Of a stretch of DNA of 64,000 bases, positions 20,730-30,228 are shown in pieces. How positions within the stretch are numbered: the stretch's first letter is position 1; each line of letters starts with the position of its first letter. A model generated the notes under the pieces. It was not told the DNA's origin. It did not search any database and saw only the letters and a program-made list of their open reading frames with translations. Position numbers and translations under genes: made by a program. The DNA comes from an uncultured Candidatus Micrarchaeota archaeon (lineage in GTDB: Archaea > Micrarchaeota > Micrarchaeia > Burarchaeales > Fermentimicrarchaeaceae). The DNA lies in NCBI GenBank assembly GCA_963760615.1, contig CAVXDX010000003.1:104718-168717 (forward strand). The letters are read 5' to 3'.

Positions 20730-21121
20730 CCCCTCACTCTAGTTATGATTTTCCTTCCCATACTGTCCATGTACTCAACTTCTTTACCCGCTACTACCTC
20801 ATTCTTAAGATCCTGCGGAATTGCCATATCAAATGTGCTGTAGTCCTCCAGGTCCATTATCTGGGCGCTCTCCCCAGTGATTGACACCACCTGGCCAGCC
20901 TTCCTTTCGATTACCGGTATTTTAACGTCAGCATCCGATGGCTTGAGCAGAGTTTTCTTCTGCCCGTCAAATATGCCAATTGCCGTAACCCTCATCTTTG
21001 CAGCCCCATGCTTACCTGGCGCTGAGCTTTCAATCTCCACAATTCTGCATGGAATGTCATCTATGATGACATATTTCCCGACTTTCAGGTCTTTCATTAC
21101 TCCAAATATCTCATCACTCAT
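20726..21121 (-). CDS. eif5a: translation initiation factor 5A (aIF5A)
   Basis: KVGKYVIIDDIPCRIVEI...PGKHGAAK hypusine-loop motif. Confidence 0.85.
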   Translation of the reverse strand: MSDEIFGVMKDLKVGKYVIIDDIPCRIVEIESSAPGKHGAAKMRVTAIGIFDGQKKTLLKPSDADVKIPVIERKAGQVVSITGESAQIMDLEDYSTFDMAIPQDLKNEVVAGKEVEYMDSMGRKIITRVRG

Positions 21122-21172
21122 TGCCAACACCTACCTATCACTTTTTTAACTTTCTAATTTTTAAACATTCTC

Positions 21173-21919
21173 ATGGAATTTATCGACTCCCACTGCCATC
21201 TTGACGCATTCAAGAATTATGATGAGGTAATCTCAAAAGCATTGAAAGCTGGAGTTAAAGCAATAGTAACATCCGGCTGCTCTGGCAAGGATAACATGAA
21301 GACGCTGGAGATAGCGCGGAAATACCCAAATTACGTCTTCCCAGTCATTGGGATAGCGCCTCAGGAAGCAATGTATATGGGTAGTTTTGATTCGGCTGTA
21401 TCATTTCTAAAAGAAAATAAAGCAGGGGTTGTGGGTGTGGGCGAGATAGGGCTTGACTTCCACTGGGGGAAGACTCCTGAACAGATATCAAAACAGCGCG
21501 AATGCTTCGAGCTTTTCCTTGATTATGCAATATTCGAGAAACTTCCTCTTGTTGTACACTCAAGGGAGGCTGAAAAAGAAGTGCTTGAGGTCATAATGAA
21601 GAAGGGTGCAGAAAAGGTGTTGCTGCACTGCTTCTCGGGAGATTCCTCCCTTGCGGAGACGGCGGCAGAGCACGGCTTCCTCATATCAGTCCCGCCTGTC
21701 CCATCCATTACAAGGGAAAAGGTAATTAAGCACATACCACTTGAAAACTTATTGCTGGAAACTGATGCTCCCTATCTGGGGAAGGAGCCTTCGGAGGTCA
21801 ATGGCGCAGCCCAGCTGGTTGCGAGCATTAAGGAGTTGGAGGTGGAAGAGGTTTCCAAAGCTACTACAAAGAGCTGCATGGCTCTGTTTAACTTGGGGGG
21901 TTTGGATGGCAGTGATTGA
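21173..21919 (+). CDS. tatD: TatD-family DNase
   Basis: FIDSHCHLD N-terminus, TatD fold motifs. Confidence 0.8.
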   Translation: MEFIDSHCHLDAFKNYDEVISKALKAGVKAIVTSGCSGKDNMKTLEIARKYPNYVFPVIGIAPQEAMYMGSFDSAVSFLKENKAGVVGVGEIGLDFHWGKTPEQISKQRECFELFLDYAIFEKLPLVVHSREAEKEVLEVIMKKGAEKVLLHCFSGDSSLAETAAEHGFLISVPPVPSITREKVIKHIPLENLLLETDAPYLGKEPSEVNGAAQLVASIKELEVEEVSKATTKSCMALFNLGGLDGSD

Positions 21920-22364
21920 TAAACTGAGGTCATTAGTAAAGCAGAAGGAGGAGAAGAATATCGCGCTGCTAGTTGACGGGCCGAATGTCATAAGGAAGGA
22001 TGTGAATATAGATTTGGAAGGAGTGAAGAAGAAGGTTGAGAAATACGGCAGAATAAAGATATGCAAAGTCTTCCTGGACCAATACGCTTCCGATAAGCTC
22101 ATAGAGGCAGTGACAAACCAGGGATATGAGCCTGTCATAACGACAGGCGATGTTGATGTGACCATGGCAGTATATGCAGTTGAGCAGGTTTTCAACCCCA
22201 GCATCCAGATACTGGCCCTTATGACGAGGGATATTGACTTCAGGCCTGTGATAGTTAAGGCAAAGGAAAAGGGGAAAGAGACCATAGTCATTGGCGCTGA
22301 CCCTGGCTTCAGCGTTGCCCTAAAGAAGACTGCAGACATTGTGATATTCGCGGATGCGCGCTGA
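21906..22364 (+). CDS. NYN-domain (LabA-like) protein
   Basis: IALLVDGPNV ... ITTGDVDV ... LMTRDIDF NYN motifs; start at ATG 21906 (track ORF begins earlier in an overlapping frame). Confidence 0.65.
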   Translation: MAVIDKLRSLVKQKEEKNIALLVDGPNVIRKDVNIDLEGVKKKVEKYGRIKICKVFLDQYASDKLIEAVTNQGYEPVITTGDVDVTMAVYAVEQVFNPSIQILALMTRDIDFRPVIVKAKEKGKETIVIGADPGFSVALKKTADIVIFADAR

Positions 22365-22420
22365 GAAAGGTTTATAAAGTGCGGAACGGATAGATATTCA
22401 TTGTTTTTTAGAGGTGAACC

Positions 22421-22645
22421 ATGACAGAGAAAAGACCTTTTGATGTTCTGAATGGAGCTCTTGGAGGCTCTGTGCTTCTGAAGCTCAAGGGCGGAGTTGA
22501 GGTGAGGGGCACAATGGCATCGTATGACGTGCACATGAACATTGTGCTTGAAAACGCCGAGCAGTTGGAGAATGGAGAGGTGAAGAGGAAGCTCGGCACA
22601 ATGCTTGTGAGAGGAGACAACATAGTCTTTATATCCCCTTCCTGA
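22421..22645 (+). CDS. Sm-like archaeal protein (SmAP)
   Basis: 74 aa, Sm1/Sm2 motifs (VRGTMASYDVHMNIVLENAE...MLVRGDNIVFI); TATA-like TTTATAAA at about 22369. Confidence 0.85.
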   Translation: MTEKRPFDVLNGALGGSVLLKLKGGVEVRGTMASYDVHMNIVLENAEQLENGEVKRKLGTMLVRGDNIVFISPS

Positions 22646-22687
22646 AAGACCACCAAATTAGAATCTCTACAAGTATTTTAAACTAGT

Positions 22688-23137
22688 TTAAATTCTGAAG
22701 TCATTCCCTATTGTTTCATATGCCCTCTTGCTGTCGTTCCAGTTCAGTATGAGGATTGCAGAGTCAAAGCTTGTGGATATGCTTACTATATTTATTTTCT
22801 TCTTGCTGAGCACGCCAGCCAGCTTCTCTATCACGCCCGCCTTGTTCATGAACTCTCTCCCAGTGACCGTCACCATGCCAAGATTTCTCATTATTGAAAG
22901 AGCGCCAAATGACGATGTTTTTGAAACAATCTCCTCGAGGGCATCCCTCGCCTTCTCCATATCTGCGTCATCAACGAAGAAGCTCATTGAGTATTCCCCC
23001 ATGGACATGCAGTAGATGTTTATCATCTTTGCAGAAAGAGCCGATGAGAACTTTGCCACTACGCCTGGGGTTACTCTTACTCTCTCACCTGTTAAGGATA
23101 AGGAACTCACCGGTCGCTTGTAGAGCTTCAAATCCAT
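22688..23137 (-). CDS. ACT-domain protein (aspartokinase regulatory-domain-like)
   Basis: Two ACT-like repeats (GMVTVTGREFMNKAGVIEKLAGVL...). Confidence 0.55.
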   Translation of the reverse strand: MDLKLYKRPVSSLSLTGERVRVTPGVVAKFSSALSAKMINIYCMSMGEYSMSFFVDDADMEKARDALEEIVSKTSSFGALSIMRNLGMVTVTGREFMNKAGVIEKLAGVLSKKKINIVSISTSFDSAILILNWNDSKRAYETIGNDFRI

Positions 23138-23195
23138 TCTTCCACAGATTAGTATTAAATAATAACTTATTTAAAAATCTACTGCAAGTTACGAA

Positions 23196-23281
23196 GGGCT
23201 CGTAGCTCAGTAGCAGAGCGTTCGCTTGGCGAATTATTTCCAAAATGCGAAAGGCCGCGGGTGCGACTCCCGCCGAGTCCA
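23196..23281 (+). tRNA. tRNA-Ala (anticodon GGC) with a 14-nt intron at canonical position 37/38
   Basis: Acceptor GGGCTCG/CGAGTCC gives the G3:U70 Ala identity pair; anticodon stem TTCGC/GCGAA separated by loop TTGGCG + AATTATTTCCAAAA + T; discriminator A73; TATA-like CTTATTTAAAAA about 20 nt upstream. Confidence 0.8.
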
Positions 23282-23298
23282 CTGAAAATTTAATTCCT

Positions 23299-24102
23299 TT
23301 AACCTATATTTGTGGGGATAGCTCTCTCGCACACGACTGATTTATAATCGGACAAGTTATATATGTAAGATACGCCTAACCCCACATCAATGTAAACGGT
23401 TTCAGTCTTATTGGGAGGTACTGGTGCTGAACTGCAGACAACTTCTTCTCCAGCAACGGAATTATCTTTATTAATCACTCGAACTAATCCGCAAGCACCA
23501 TCTGATTGATTTCCACTATTTCTAAAAACTCCTTGTCCAGTAACAACATAGTGATCTCCATTCCATATTTCGATTTTTATATTTTGGCATTCAAAGGATA
23601 TATTGGCAGTGGGTTGCAGTGGTTCTCCTTGCTGATTTATCAACCAATCAACAAGCCAGGGTGTGGATACGGAAAATACTATCGCAATTATCGCCCCAAT
23701 TATAAAGGACTTCGACCAGAATCTTATTTTCATTCTGGTTTTAGCACTAAAGACAAACCCAGCAAATTCCGTACTAACCGCGTACAGCAGCAATGAGAGT
23801 ATAGCGTATGCAGGAAAAACTACTGACCCTGCAAAATCAAAAATTTCCTCCAAGCCACATCGACACATTGGTATAGCGCATGGATATCCACTTGGGGGAT
23901 ATTTTAAACACTGCCTTATGCTCCAATACTCTTTTATAACATCCACAGGATTTGAATAATAACTTGTGTGAGCCGACACCTGCAAATAAGCAATGATTAA
24001 ACCGAATACAAAAAGCAGAAAGCCTGCAATTATAACCATAAAAATTTCTCGCTTATCCTTCTTCTGGGCTGCATCACTCCTCTTCGCCATACAACCACCC
24101 AT
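23299..24102 (-). CDS. polytopic membrane protein, unknown function
   Basis: 267-aa ORF, multiple TM segments, ends 18 nt from the tRNA-Ala 3' end. Confidence 0.45.
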   Translation of the reverse strand: MGGCMAKRSDAAQKKDKREIFMVIIAGFLLFVFGLIIAYLQVSAHTSYYSNPVDVIKEYWSIRQCLKYPPSGYPCAIPMCRCGLEEIFDFAGSVVFPAYAILSLLLYAVSTEFAGFVFSAKTRMKIRFWSKSFIIGAIIAIVFSVSTPWLVDWLINQQGEPLQPTANISFECQNIKIEIWNGDHYVVTGQGVFRNSGNQSDGACGLVRVINKDNSVAGEEVVCSSAPVPPNKTETVYIDVGLGVSYIYNLSDYKSVVCERAIPTNIG

Positions 24103-24239
24103 GAAAGTTGGTGTTCTTGAGTATTTAATGTTTCCTATCTAAACAAATGCGGAGGCGGTATGGGTGAGAATTGAAAGGAGGGTGCGAATACAGAACAATG
24201 TTACAGAGCAATTAAATACCTAAATCTACACTTTATATT

Positions 24240-25610
24240 TTGATGAAAAAAGGGCAGAGCTGGGCGGAGTACATAACAGTTCTTGCAGTTACCATCATAA
24301 TGGCGGGAATTGCCATGTACATGGCCGGCGCCTTCATGGGGAACAACAGTCAGATTTCTGAGAGGGACAGTGCATCATACTGGTTTTCAGCCGATGTAGG
24401 GATTACAAGATACTATGTAAACTCCTCAGCCGCGCAGCTCCTTATAAAGAATAATAAGAATTTCAAAATAAATGTGACAAATATAAGCTCTACAGGTGCT
24501 GGAATTCTGATTGCGCCAGGCGGAGCCAACAACGTAGTGCTAGATCCAGGCCAGAGCGTGCAGGTTACCGCGCCAGGCTTGACATGTCTAAGTGGAACAT
24601 ACTCAATTCCCTTGGTTATAACTTATGCGGATGTGAATTATGGCACGAAATATACTGTCTATGGTGAGAAACCACTTATTGGGCAATGCATGAGTTCAAT
24701 CGCACCTCCTCAATGCTCTCCGTTATGCAACTCCCCAAATGATCCAGCATGCAACGATGGGGTTGCATGCACTGCCGATGCATGTACTAACCCCGGCACT
24801 TGCAATGCAGTCTGCACCCATACGCCGATAACCGCTTGCATAAACAATGATGGCTGCTGCCCAACTGGATGCAGTTTATTGAATGACAACGACTGTCCCC
24901 CAGCCTGCGGCAATGGAATATGCGAGACGGGCGAGACATATTCAAACTGCCCAGGTGATTGCTGTCTAAGTGCCTGCACTGCAACGTATGATAATAAATG
25001 CCATTCAAATTGCATTAACTTCCCAATTTCCGCGCCATGCTCCAACTTCAAGCCTGCATGCGATACAATCACCAGGGGCACCTCCGTATGCTACAACTCC
25101 ACCCACAACGTTTCCTGCTGCGATGGGACACCAACAAGCTGTGCAACAAACAGTACCCCGTGCAATGCATACTGCAATGCAAACCAGAACTGCACCTTCC
25201 CTTCCAACCCAGTAACATGTCAGAGGACGTGTAATCCAACTAGTGGTCTCTGCCAAGATTGCACTCCTTCATGCGGAACTGCCACATGCACCGGCTGCGG
25301 AATAAACAGCATTCCATGCAATTCATACTGCAGTGTAAGGCGGAGGTGCGTCTATCCATCTAACCCCGCAACATGCACTAAAACATGCAGCGGAGGTTCC
25401 TGCCAGCTTTGCACTCCTTCATGCGGAACTGCCACATGCACAAACTGTGCAGCAGGATGCATAGGAGCAGGTGTCTGCGTGCCATTCTGCACAGGAGCTG
25501 GCGATACCTGTAATGTAAACTGTGCATGTCCAACCAGTGGAAAGACAAAATGTTGTACTTCAGACGGTAAGTGCTATACGCCTTCAACACCATGTCCGTC
25601 CCCGTTATAA
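24240..25610 (+). CDS. Cys-rich secreted pilin-like protein (class III signal peptide)
   Basis: MMKKGQSWAEYITVLAVTIIMAG prepilin-like N-terminus; over 60 Cys; tandem about 47-aa repeats containing CTPSCGTATCT. Confidence 0.6.
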   Translation: MMKKGQSWAEYITVLAVTIIMAGIAMYMAGAFMGNNSQISERDSASYWFSADVGITRYYVNSSAAQLLIKNNKNFKINVTNISSTGAGILIAPGGANNVVLDPGQSVQVTAPGLTCLSGTYSIPLVITYADVNYGTKYTVYGEKPLIGQCMSSIAPPQCSPLCNSPNDPACNDGVACTADACTNPGTCNAVCTHTPITACINNDGCCPTGCSLLNDNDCPPACGNGICETGETYSNCPGDCCLSACTATYDNKCHSNCINFPISAPCSNFKPACDTITRGTSVCYNSTHNVSCCDGTPTSCATNSTPCNAYCNANQNCTFPSNPVTCQRTCNPTSGLCQDCTPSCGTATCTGCGINSIPCNSYCSVRRRCVYPSNPATCTKTCSGGSCQLCTPSCGTATCTNCAAGCIGAGVCVPFCTGAGDTCNVNCACPTSGKTKCCTSDGKCYTPSTPCPSPL

Positions 25611-25689
25611 GTGGTTGGATAATGCATTGTGTTGGGTTCACACAGAAAAAACATAAGATATAATAATTCCAACTTCCATTAATCATCCG

Positions 25690-25956
25690 GTGATGCCGAT
25701 GCTAAACCTCTGGGGGAAGGGTTACAGAAGTGAATGGTGGAGCAAGAAGCTCAGGAAGAAATTCTTGATGTGGGCAAGCTACTTCATAGTTGGCATGTAC
25801 CTGCTTTTACTGGCAGTTTTCATAATCCTCTCCCTGTCGTTCCCAGCGGCATCAGACCCGATGCACATATCATTCCTCAAGGACTTCATATTCTACTTCA
25901 GCTCGCCAGTCATGCTCTTTGCCATCCTGCTCGTTCTGTGGAGCAGGGAGACATAA
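25690..25956 (+). CDS. small membrane protein
   Basis: 88 aa, two hydrophobic helices. Confidence 0.3.
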   Translation: MMPMLNLWGKGYRSEWWSKKLRKKFLMWASYFIVGMYLLLLAVFIILSLSFPAASDPMHISFLKDFIFYFSSPVMLFAILLVLWSRET

Positions 25957-26017
25957 TAACTAATACTCATTTTTGAGTAAACTTTAAAAAATGTAACTAC
26001 TATACTCCATATAGCAG

Positions 26018-26383
26018 GTGGTTTTTATGGTTATTGAGCCGCAGGAAAAATTGCAGACGATGGATTTCATGCTCGATGTGTTCGGCAAGAGATGGGCTAC
26101 TAGAATTTTTTTGAGGCTGCTCTACTCCGGAAAGAGGATGGGCTTCAATGAACTTCTGCGGGCAACTCCGGGAGTGAATCCAAAGATGCTGGCTGAAAGA
26201 TTGAAGAGCCTTGAGTCGCACGGGTTAGTCAAGAGGGAAGTCGAGCTCAGCCCCATAAGAACCTACTACTCACTCACAGAAGCCGGACTTGATTTGAAGG
26301 GTTCAATAGACTCCATGCTTGCATGGAATAGAAAGTGGAATTTCGCAAATCCCAAAAAACACTTCCCACCAAAACAATTTTAA
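26018..26383 (+). CDS. HxlR-type winged-helix transcriptional regulator
   Basis: FGKRWATRIFLRLLYSGKRMGFNELLRATPGVNPKMLAERLKSLESHGLV HxlR-like HTH. Confidence 0.65.
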   Translation: MVFMVIEPQEKLQTMDFMLDVFGKRWATRIFLRLLYSGKRMGFNELLRATPGVNPKMLAERLKSLESHGLVKREVELSPIRTYYSLTEAGLDLKGSIDSMLAWNRKWNFANPKKHFPPKQF

Positions 26384-26443
26384 TTCCCGCTGTGTAATAT
26401 TTCTAACTGGTTCTGATGTTCTGAGTGGAGGTGAGTGTATTAC

Positions 26444-27988
26444 ATGCCTGAGGTGAAGAGGGCCGTCATAAGCGTTTCTGACAAGACTGGCCTTGTGGAG
26501 TTTGCAATGGGACTCTCCAAGCTCGGGGTTGAGATAATATCCACGGGCGGAACTGCAAAAACCCTGCGTGATAATACGATTCCAGTAAGGGAAGTTTCTG
26601 ATGTAACCGGCTCGCCCGAGATGCTCGACGGGCGCATCAAGACGCTGCATCCTAAAATACATGCAGGCATACTCGCACTGAGAGGCAGGGAGGAGCATAT
26701 GCAGCAGCTGAAAGAACAGGGCATCAGGAGCATAGATCTTGTAATTGTCAACCTATACCCCTTCGAACAAACAATCTCCAAGAAGAATGTCAGGGATGAG
26801 GATGCAATTGAGAACATAGACATAGGTGGACCGACACTCATAAGAGCAGCTGCCAAGAACTATGAGAGCGTTGGCGTTGTTGTCGACCCCGCGGATTACC
26901 AGAATATCCTAAATGAGCTCAGGAAGGACAAATCCCTCTCGCTTAACACAAGGGAGAGGCTCGCAGCTAAGGCATTCCAGCATACCGCAAGGTATGATGC
27001 CCTCATATCAAACTACTTTGAGAAGAAGTTCGCTGGTGAGCTATTCCCCAAATTCTTGACATTGAGCTTTGAGAAAGCTATGGAGCTTCGCTACGGTGAA
27101 AACCCTCACCAGAAGGCTTCCTTCTACAGGGATATGGAAAGCGACGAGACATCCATTTCAAACGCTAGGAAGCTGCAGGGCAGGGAGCTCTCATACAATA
27201 ACATGCTTGATGCTGACTCCGCCCTTGAGCTTCTCAAGGAATTTGATGAGCCTGCCGTTGTGATAGTGAAGCACAACAACCCCTGCGGAGTTGCAATAAA
27301 TAGGAGTTTGAAGAATGCATACATGAAGGCAAAGGCAACCGATCCCGAGGCAGCATTCGGAGGTGTTGTGGCGCTTAACGGGACTGTAGAAGCCGAGACC
27401 GCAAGGGAGATAACCACCCTGCTGACAGATGTGGTCGTAGCTCCGGGCTACTCGAAAGAAGCGTTGGAAATTTTTGCGGGAAAGAAGAATATGAGAGTGC
27501 TGGAGTTGGGCAGATTCTCCACAAAGAAGAGGGAGAGGAGGGAGCTGAGGAGCGTAAACGGTGGTCTACTTGTTGAGGAGAGGAACACCAAGCTGCTCCT
27601 CGGGGAGCCGAAAGCTGTCACCACGAGAAAGCCAACTGAGGCAGAGATGAGAGCGCTGCTGTTTGCATGGAAGGTGTGCAAGCATGTCAAATCCAATGCC
27701 ATAGTATACGCATTTGAGGACAGGACGGTCGGCATAGGCGCTGGGCAGATGAAAAGATCTGATGCCTCGAAGCTTGGCGCCATGAAAGCGGTTGAATCTC
27801 TAAAAGGTGCGGTTCTTGCATCAGATGCGTTCTTCCCATTTAGGGATGCCGTTGATGTCGCTGCAGACGCAGGAGTTACTGCAATAATCCAGCCAGGTGG
27901 CTCAAAGAACGATCATGAGATAATATATGCCTGCAATGAGCGCAACATAGCAATGGTTTTCACTGGCATACGGCACTTCAAGCATTGA
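26444..27988 (+). CDS. purH: bifunctional AICAR transformylase / IMP cyclohydrolase
   Basis: MPEVKRAVISVSDKTGLVEFA MGS-like N-terminus, AICARFT domain; GGAGGTGA RBS 9 nt upstream of ATG 26444. Confidence 0.9.
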   Translation: MPEVKRAVISVSDKTGLVEFAMGLSKLGVEIISTGGTAKTLRDNTIPVREVSDVTGSPEMLDGRIKTLHPKIHAGILALRGREEHMQQLKEQGIRSIDLVIVNLYPFEQTISKKNVRDEDAIENIDIGGPTLIRAAAKNYESVGVVVDPADYQNILNELRKDKSLSLNTRERLAAKAFQHTARYDALISNYFEKKFAGELFPKFLTLSFEKAMELRYGENPHQKASFYRDMESDETSISNARKLQGRELSYNNMLDADSALELLKEFDEPAVVIVKHNNPCGVAINRSLKNAYMKAKATDPEAAFGGVVALNGTVEAETAREITTLLTDVVVAPGYSKEALEIFAGKKNMRVLELGRFSTKKRERRELRSVNGGLLVEERNTKLLLGEPKAVTTRKPTEAEMRALLFAWKVCKHVKSNAIVYAFEDRTVGIGAGQMKRSDASKLGAMKAVESLKGAVLASDAFFPFRDAVDVAADAGVTAIIQPGGSKNDHEIIYACNERNIAMVFTGIRHFKH

Positions 27989-28916
27989 CATGCGTTCTCT
28001 CGCTCCATACCGCAACCATGAGCATAGCCGCTAGTATGTAAAATGGTATGCATCCCTTGACAAGCGCTGAAATTATGTTTGTCACATTGCTCCCAGCACC
28101 AGCATTGGATGTCTGATTCTGAGTCTCATTCAAGGTTTCATTCTGTGGAACTTCCGTCGTATTATTCTCAGGGGGTGGCTGTGGAGGCTGTGAATTGTTC
28201 TGCACCGGCGGGGTTATCGCGCACGATGCCAGCTGGGCGTTTCCATCGGCCTGGTGTATCTGGTTAATCGCATCATTTGTCAAATTCAGGGCGTCTTTTA
28301 TATCGCATATGGACAGCTTATTGCTTGCGTCCAAGATTTCAGAGGAAGCATTCTGCAGTAGACTGAACCCAGTCATGTTATAGCAGTCGCCGGTATACTG
28401 CGCGCTGACCCTGGCGTACTCGCTGTTTGCAGTATCCAGTTTATTTAGGACGTTCTGCTCGAAGCCGCCGGTAGAATGATTCACTACCACGTTCAGCGTT
28501 GCATCATATTCCTTCGACCCGACGCAGTATTCACCATTGCCGCAAATCTCGCCCACCCAGCCGACTACCTTGAATGGCATTGCATCGGTGCCATTCTTGC
28601 CTCCGGTTATTGTTTTAATCGCAAATGTGCAGCTTCCCCTCAACCCAGCGCCAATATCGCATACTTTTCCGCCATCTTCCAACTGACCAGACGACAAGTT
28701 ATAATAAAGGTAGCTGACCCTCAGCGATTTATTGCTCGAAGGATTTATAATTGTGGCGATAACATTGCAGTGGTTGGGGCCACCCTGCGCTATGCAGTTA
28801 ACAACGCCGTTATGCAGAGGGCTGCTGCATTGGCTTGAGTCGGTAATTACTACACTCAAATCAGCCGCATATGCCATACCAATCAACAGCAGAACAGCCA
28901 GAACCGAATACCTCAT
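27978..28916 (-). CDS. secreted surface (glyco)protein with C-terminal membrane anchor
   Basis: Signal peptide MRYSVLAVLLLIGMAYA, many NxS/T sequons, Pro/Gln/Asn/Thr-rich linker, C-terminal TM helix. Confidence 0.5.
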   Translation of the reverse strand: MRYSVLAVLLLIGMAYAADLSVVITDSSQCSSPLHNGVVNCIAQGGPNHCNVIATIINPSSNKSLRVSYLYYNLSSGQLEDGGKVCDIGAGLRGSCTFAIKTITGGKNGTDAMPFKVVGWVGEICGNGEYCVGSKEYDATLNVVVNHSTGGFEQNVLNKLDTANSEYARVSAQYTGDCYNMTGFSLLQNASSEILDASNKLSICDIKDALNLTNDAINQIHQADGNAQLASCAITPPVQNNSQPPQPPPENNTTEVPQNETLNETQNQTSNAGAGSNVTNIISALVKGCIPFYILAAMLMVAVWSERTHVNA

Positions 28917-28928
28917 AACATCACCACC

Positions 28929-29213
28929 TTATCTTCTCCTTCTTAGTATATATCCCTTCCTTGTGTTGAACTCAATCTGAAGCAGGTATTGCATGAGGTT
29001 TAGGGTTGACAGCCCTATCACTGAAAACACCAGCATAACCCCAAACTTCATAGCCCACAAGATATCCGTTGCAGTTAGCGTGAGCACCACAAGGAGCAGG
29101 GTGAAAAGCGACAGAACGATATTGAAAAGCTCAATTATGAAAAGCCAGTTCTTGAGAGTCCCCTCGTCCTTCGGAAGAACCCAGCTCAGTGTGAACTCCT
29201 TGAAACCGCCCAT
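28929..29213 (-). CDS. small membrane protein
   Basis: 94 aa with two TM helices. Confidence 0.3.
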   Translation of the reverse strand: MGGFKEFTLSWVLPKDEGTLKNWLFIIELFNIVLSLFTLLLVVLTLTATDILWAMKFGVMLVFSVIGLSTLNLMQYLLQIEFNTRKGYILRRRR

Positions 29214-29534
29214 TGCAAGGTAGATATTGCATTGCTTGTTTTTATTCCTTATGGAGCCTCAAAGCCAGCCATTGAGCATCCGCCCTTCCACAGGGCATCC
29301 AAAAACTGCCGTGCGAAGCCTTTTTGGAATTCTTCTCGGCTGGCTGAGGTCCCCCTTTGGTGGTAGCTGTTGGCTTTCGAAATGCTCCCCCGCAGAGGAG
29401 GAGGGTCCGAACGTCAGTTCCTTCATAAGTCATTTTCCTCCCTCTGATTCTTTCTGGAGGGTCTGCTAACCATAACCCTTGCAACCATGAAGTTGTGCTC
29501 TTGGAACCTTCTCATCTCATTCTCTCTGAACATT

Positions 29535-29744
29535 CTACTCCCCCCTCAGCCATCTCTCTAGGCACTTGCTGCAGAATGTTTTCTTCTCGCCATTCCACTC
29601 CTCTATCTCAACTACAAATTCCTTTGGAGAGAGCATAGGCTTATCGCATCCGCTACACCTGACACCGCGCCCATTCCAATTCCGCCCTTCACTTCCATCC
29701 TGCATACTCTCACCTCGTGGTTTTGAACAGAGGAGCAGCAGCAC
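29535..29744 (-). CDS. small zinc-ribbon protein
   Basis: 69 aa, CSGC...CSKC. Confidence 0.3.
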   Translation of the reverse strand: MLLLLCSKPRGESMQDGSEGRNWNGRGVRCSGCDKPMLSPKEFVVEIEEWNGEKKTFCSKCLERWLRGE

Positions 29745-30036
29745 AACAAGAAGTCTTACTAGAATTCAAAACAGCTGCTGCCCTCAGCACCTTATAATCA
29801 GCTTAAGCTTATAGCCGAAGCTAGAACAAGGAGAACAGTTCATATGCATGACTTCGGCTCCTGACATAAACTTTCCCCATTGTTAATTCATATGTTGCTT
29901 ATAATATTATCGGAATTTCGAACTGAATAATCTTATGGTTGCGTTTTTCATTGGCTTGGCTTTGCACATAAATCCACCTTTCACTGGAAAGCTACCCCTC
30001 CCAGAGGTTTATAAAGGGCGTTAGAGAGACTAATTC

Positions 30037-30228
30037 ATGCTTGTTTCCAAAACTCTGAAATGCAAGGTTTTCAACCCAACAAAAAGGAAGCTTGGACTTT
30101 TAAGTAGAGAATATAATAATTTCAAATTTACCACGAATAAGCGAGAAACCCACACTCTTCAGAGGTGGGATGAAAGCGAATGTATTACATTGCAGAACAA
30201 AAAAAATTTGATGAGTGATGTTGTATGA
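30037..30228 (+). pseudogene. tnpB: truncated N-terminal fragment of a TnpB (IS605 OrfB) gene
   Basis: KTLKCKVFNPTKRKLGLLSREYNNF matches the conserved TnpB N-terminus; the ORF is interrupted after about 40 aa by the left end of the intact element (hairpin at 30149-30169). Confidence 0.5.

Noticed and set aside
21749-22534. 261-aa minus-strand ORF
   Set aside because: It is antisense to the NYN-domain gene and the Sm gene, both of which have clear motifs.
29227-29484. Two overlapping 80-aa ORFs on both strands of the GC-rich island
   Set aside because: Their composition (Pro/Gly/Arg-rich) is a consequence of the high GC content. The region is more plausibly noncoding RNA.
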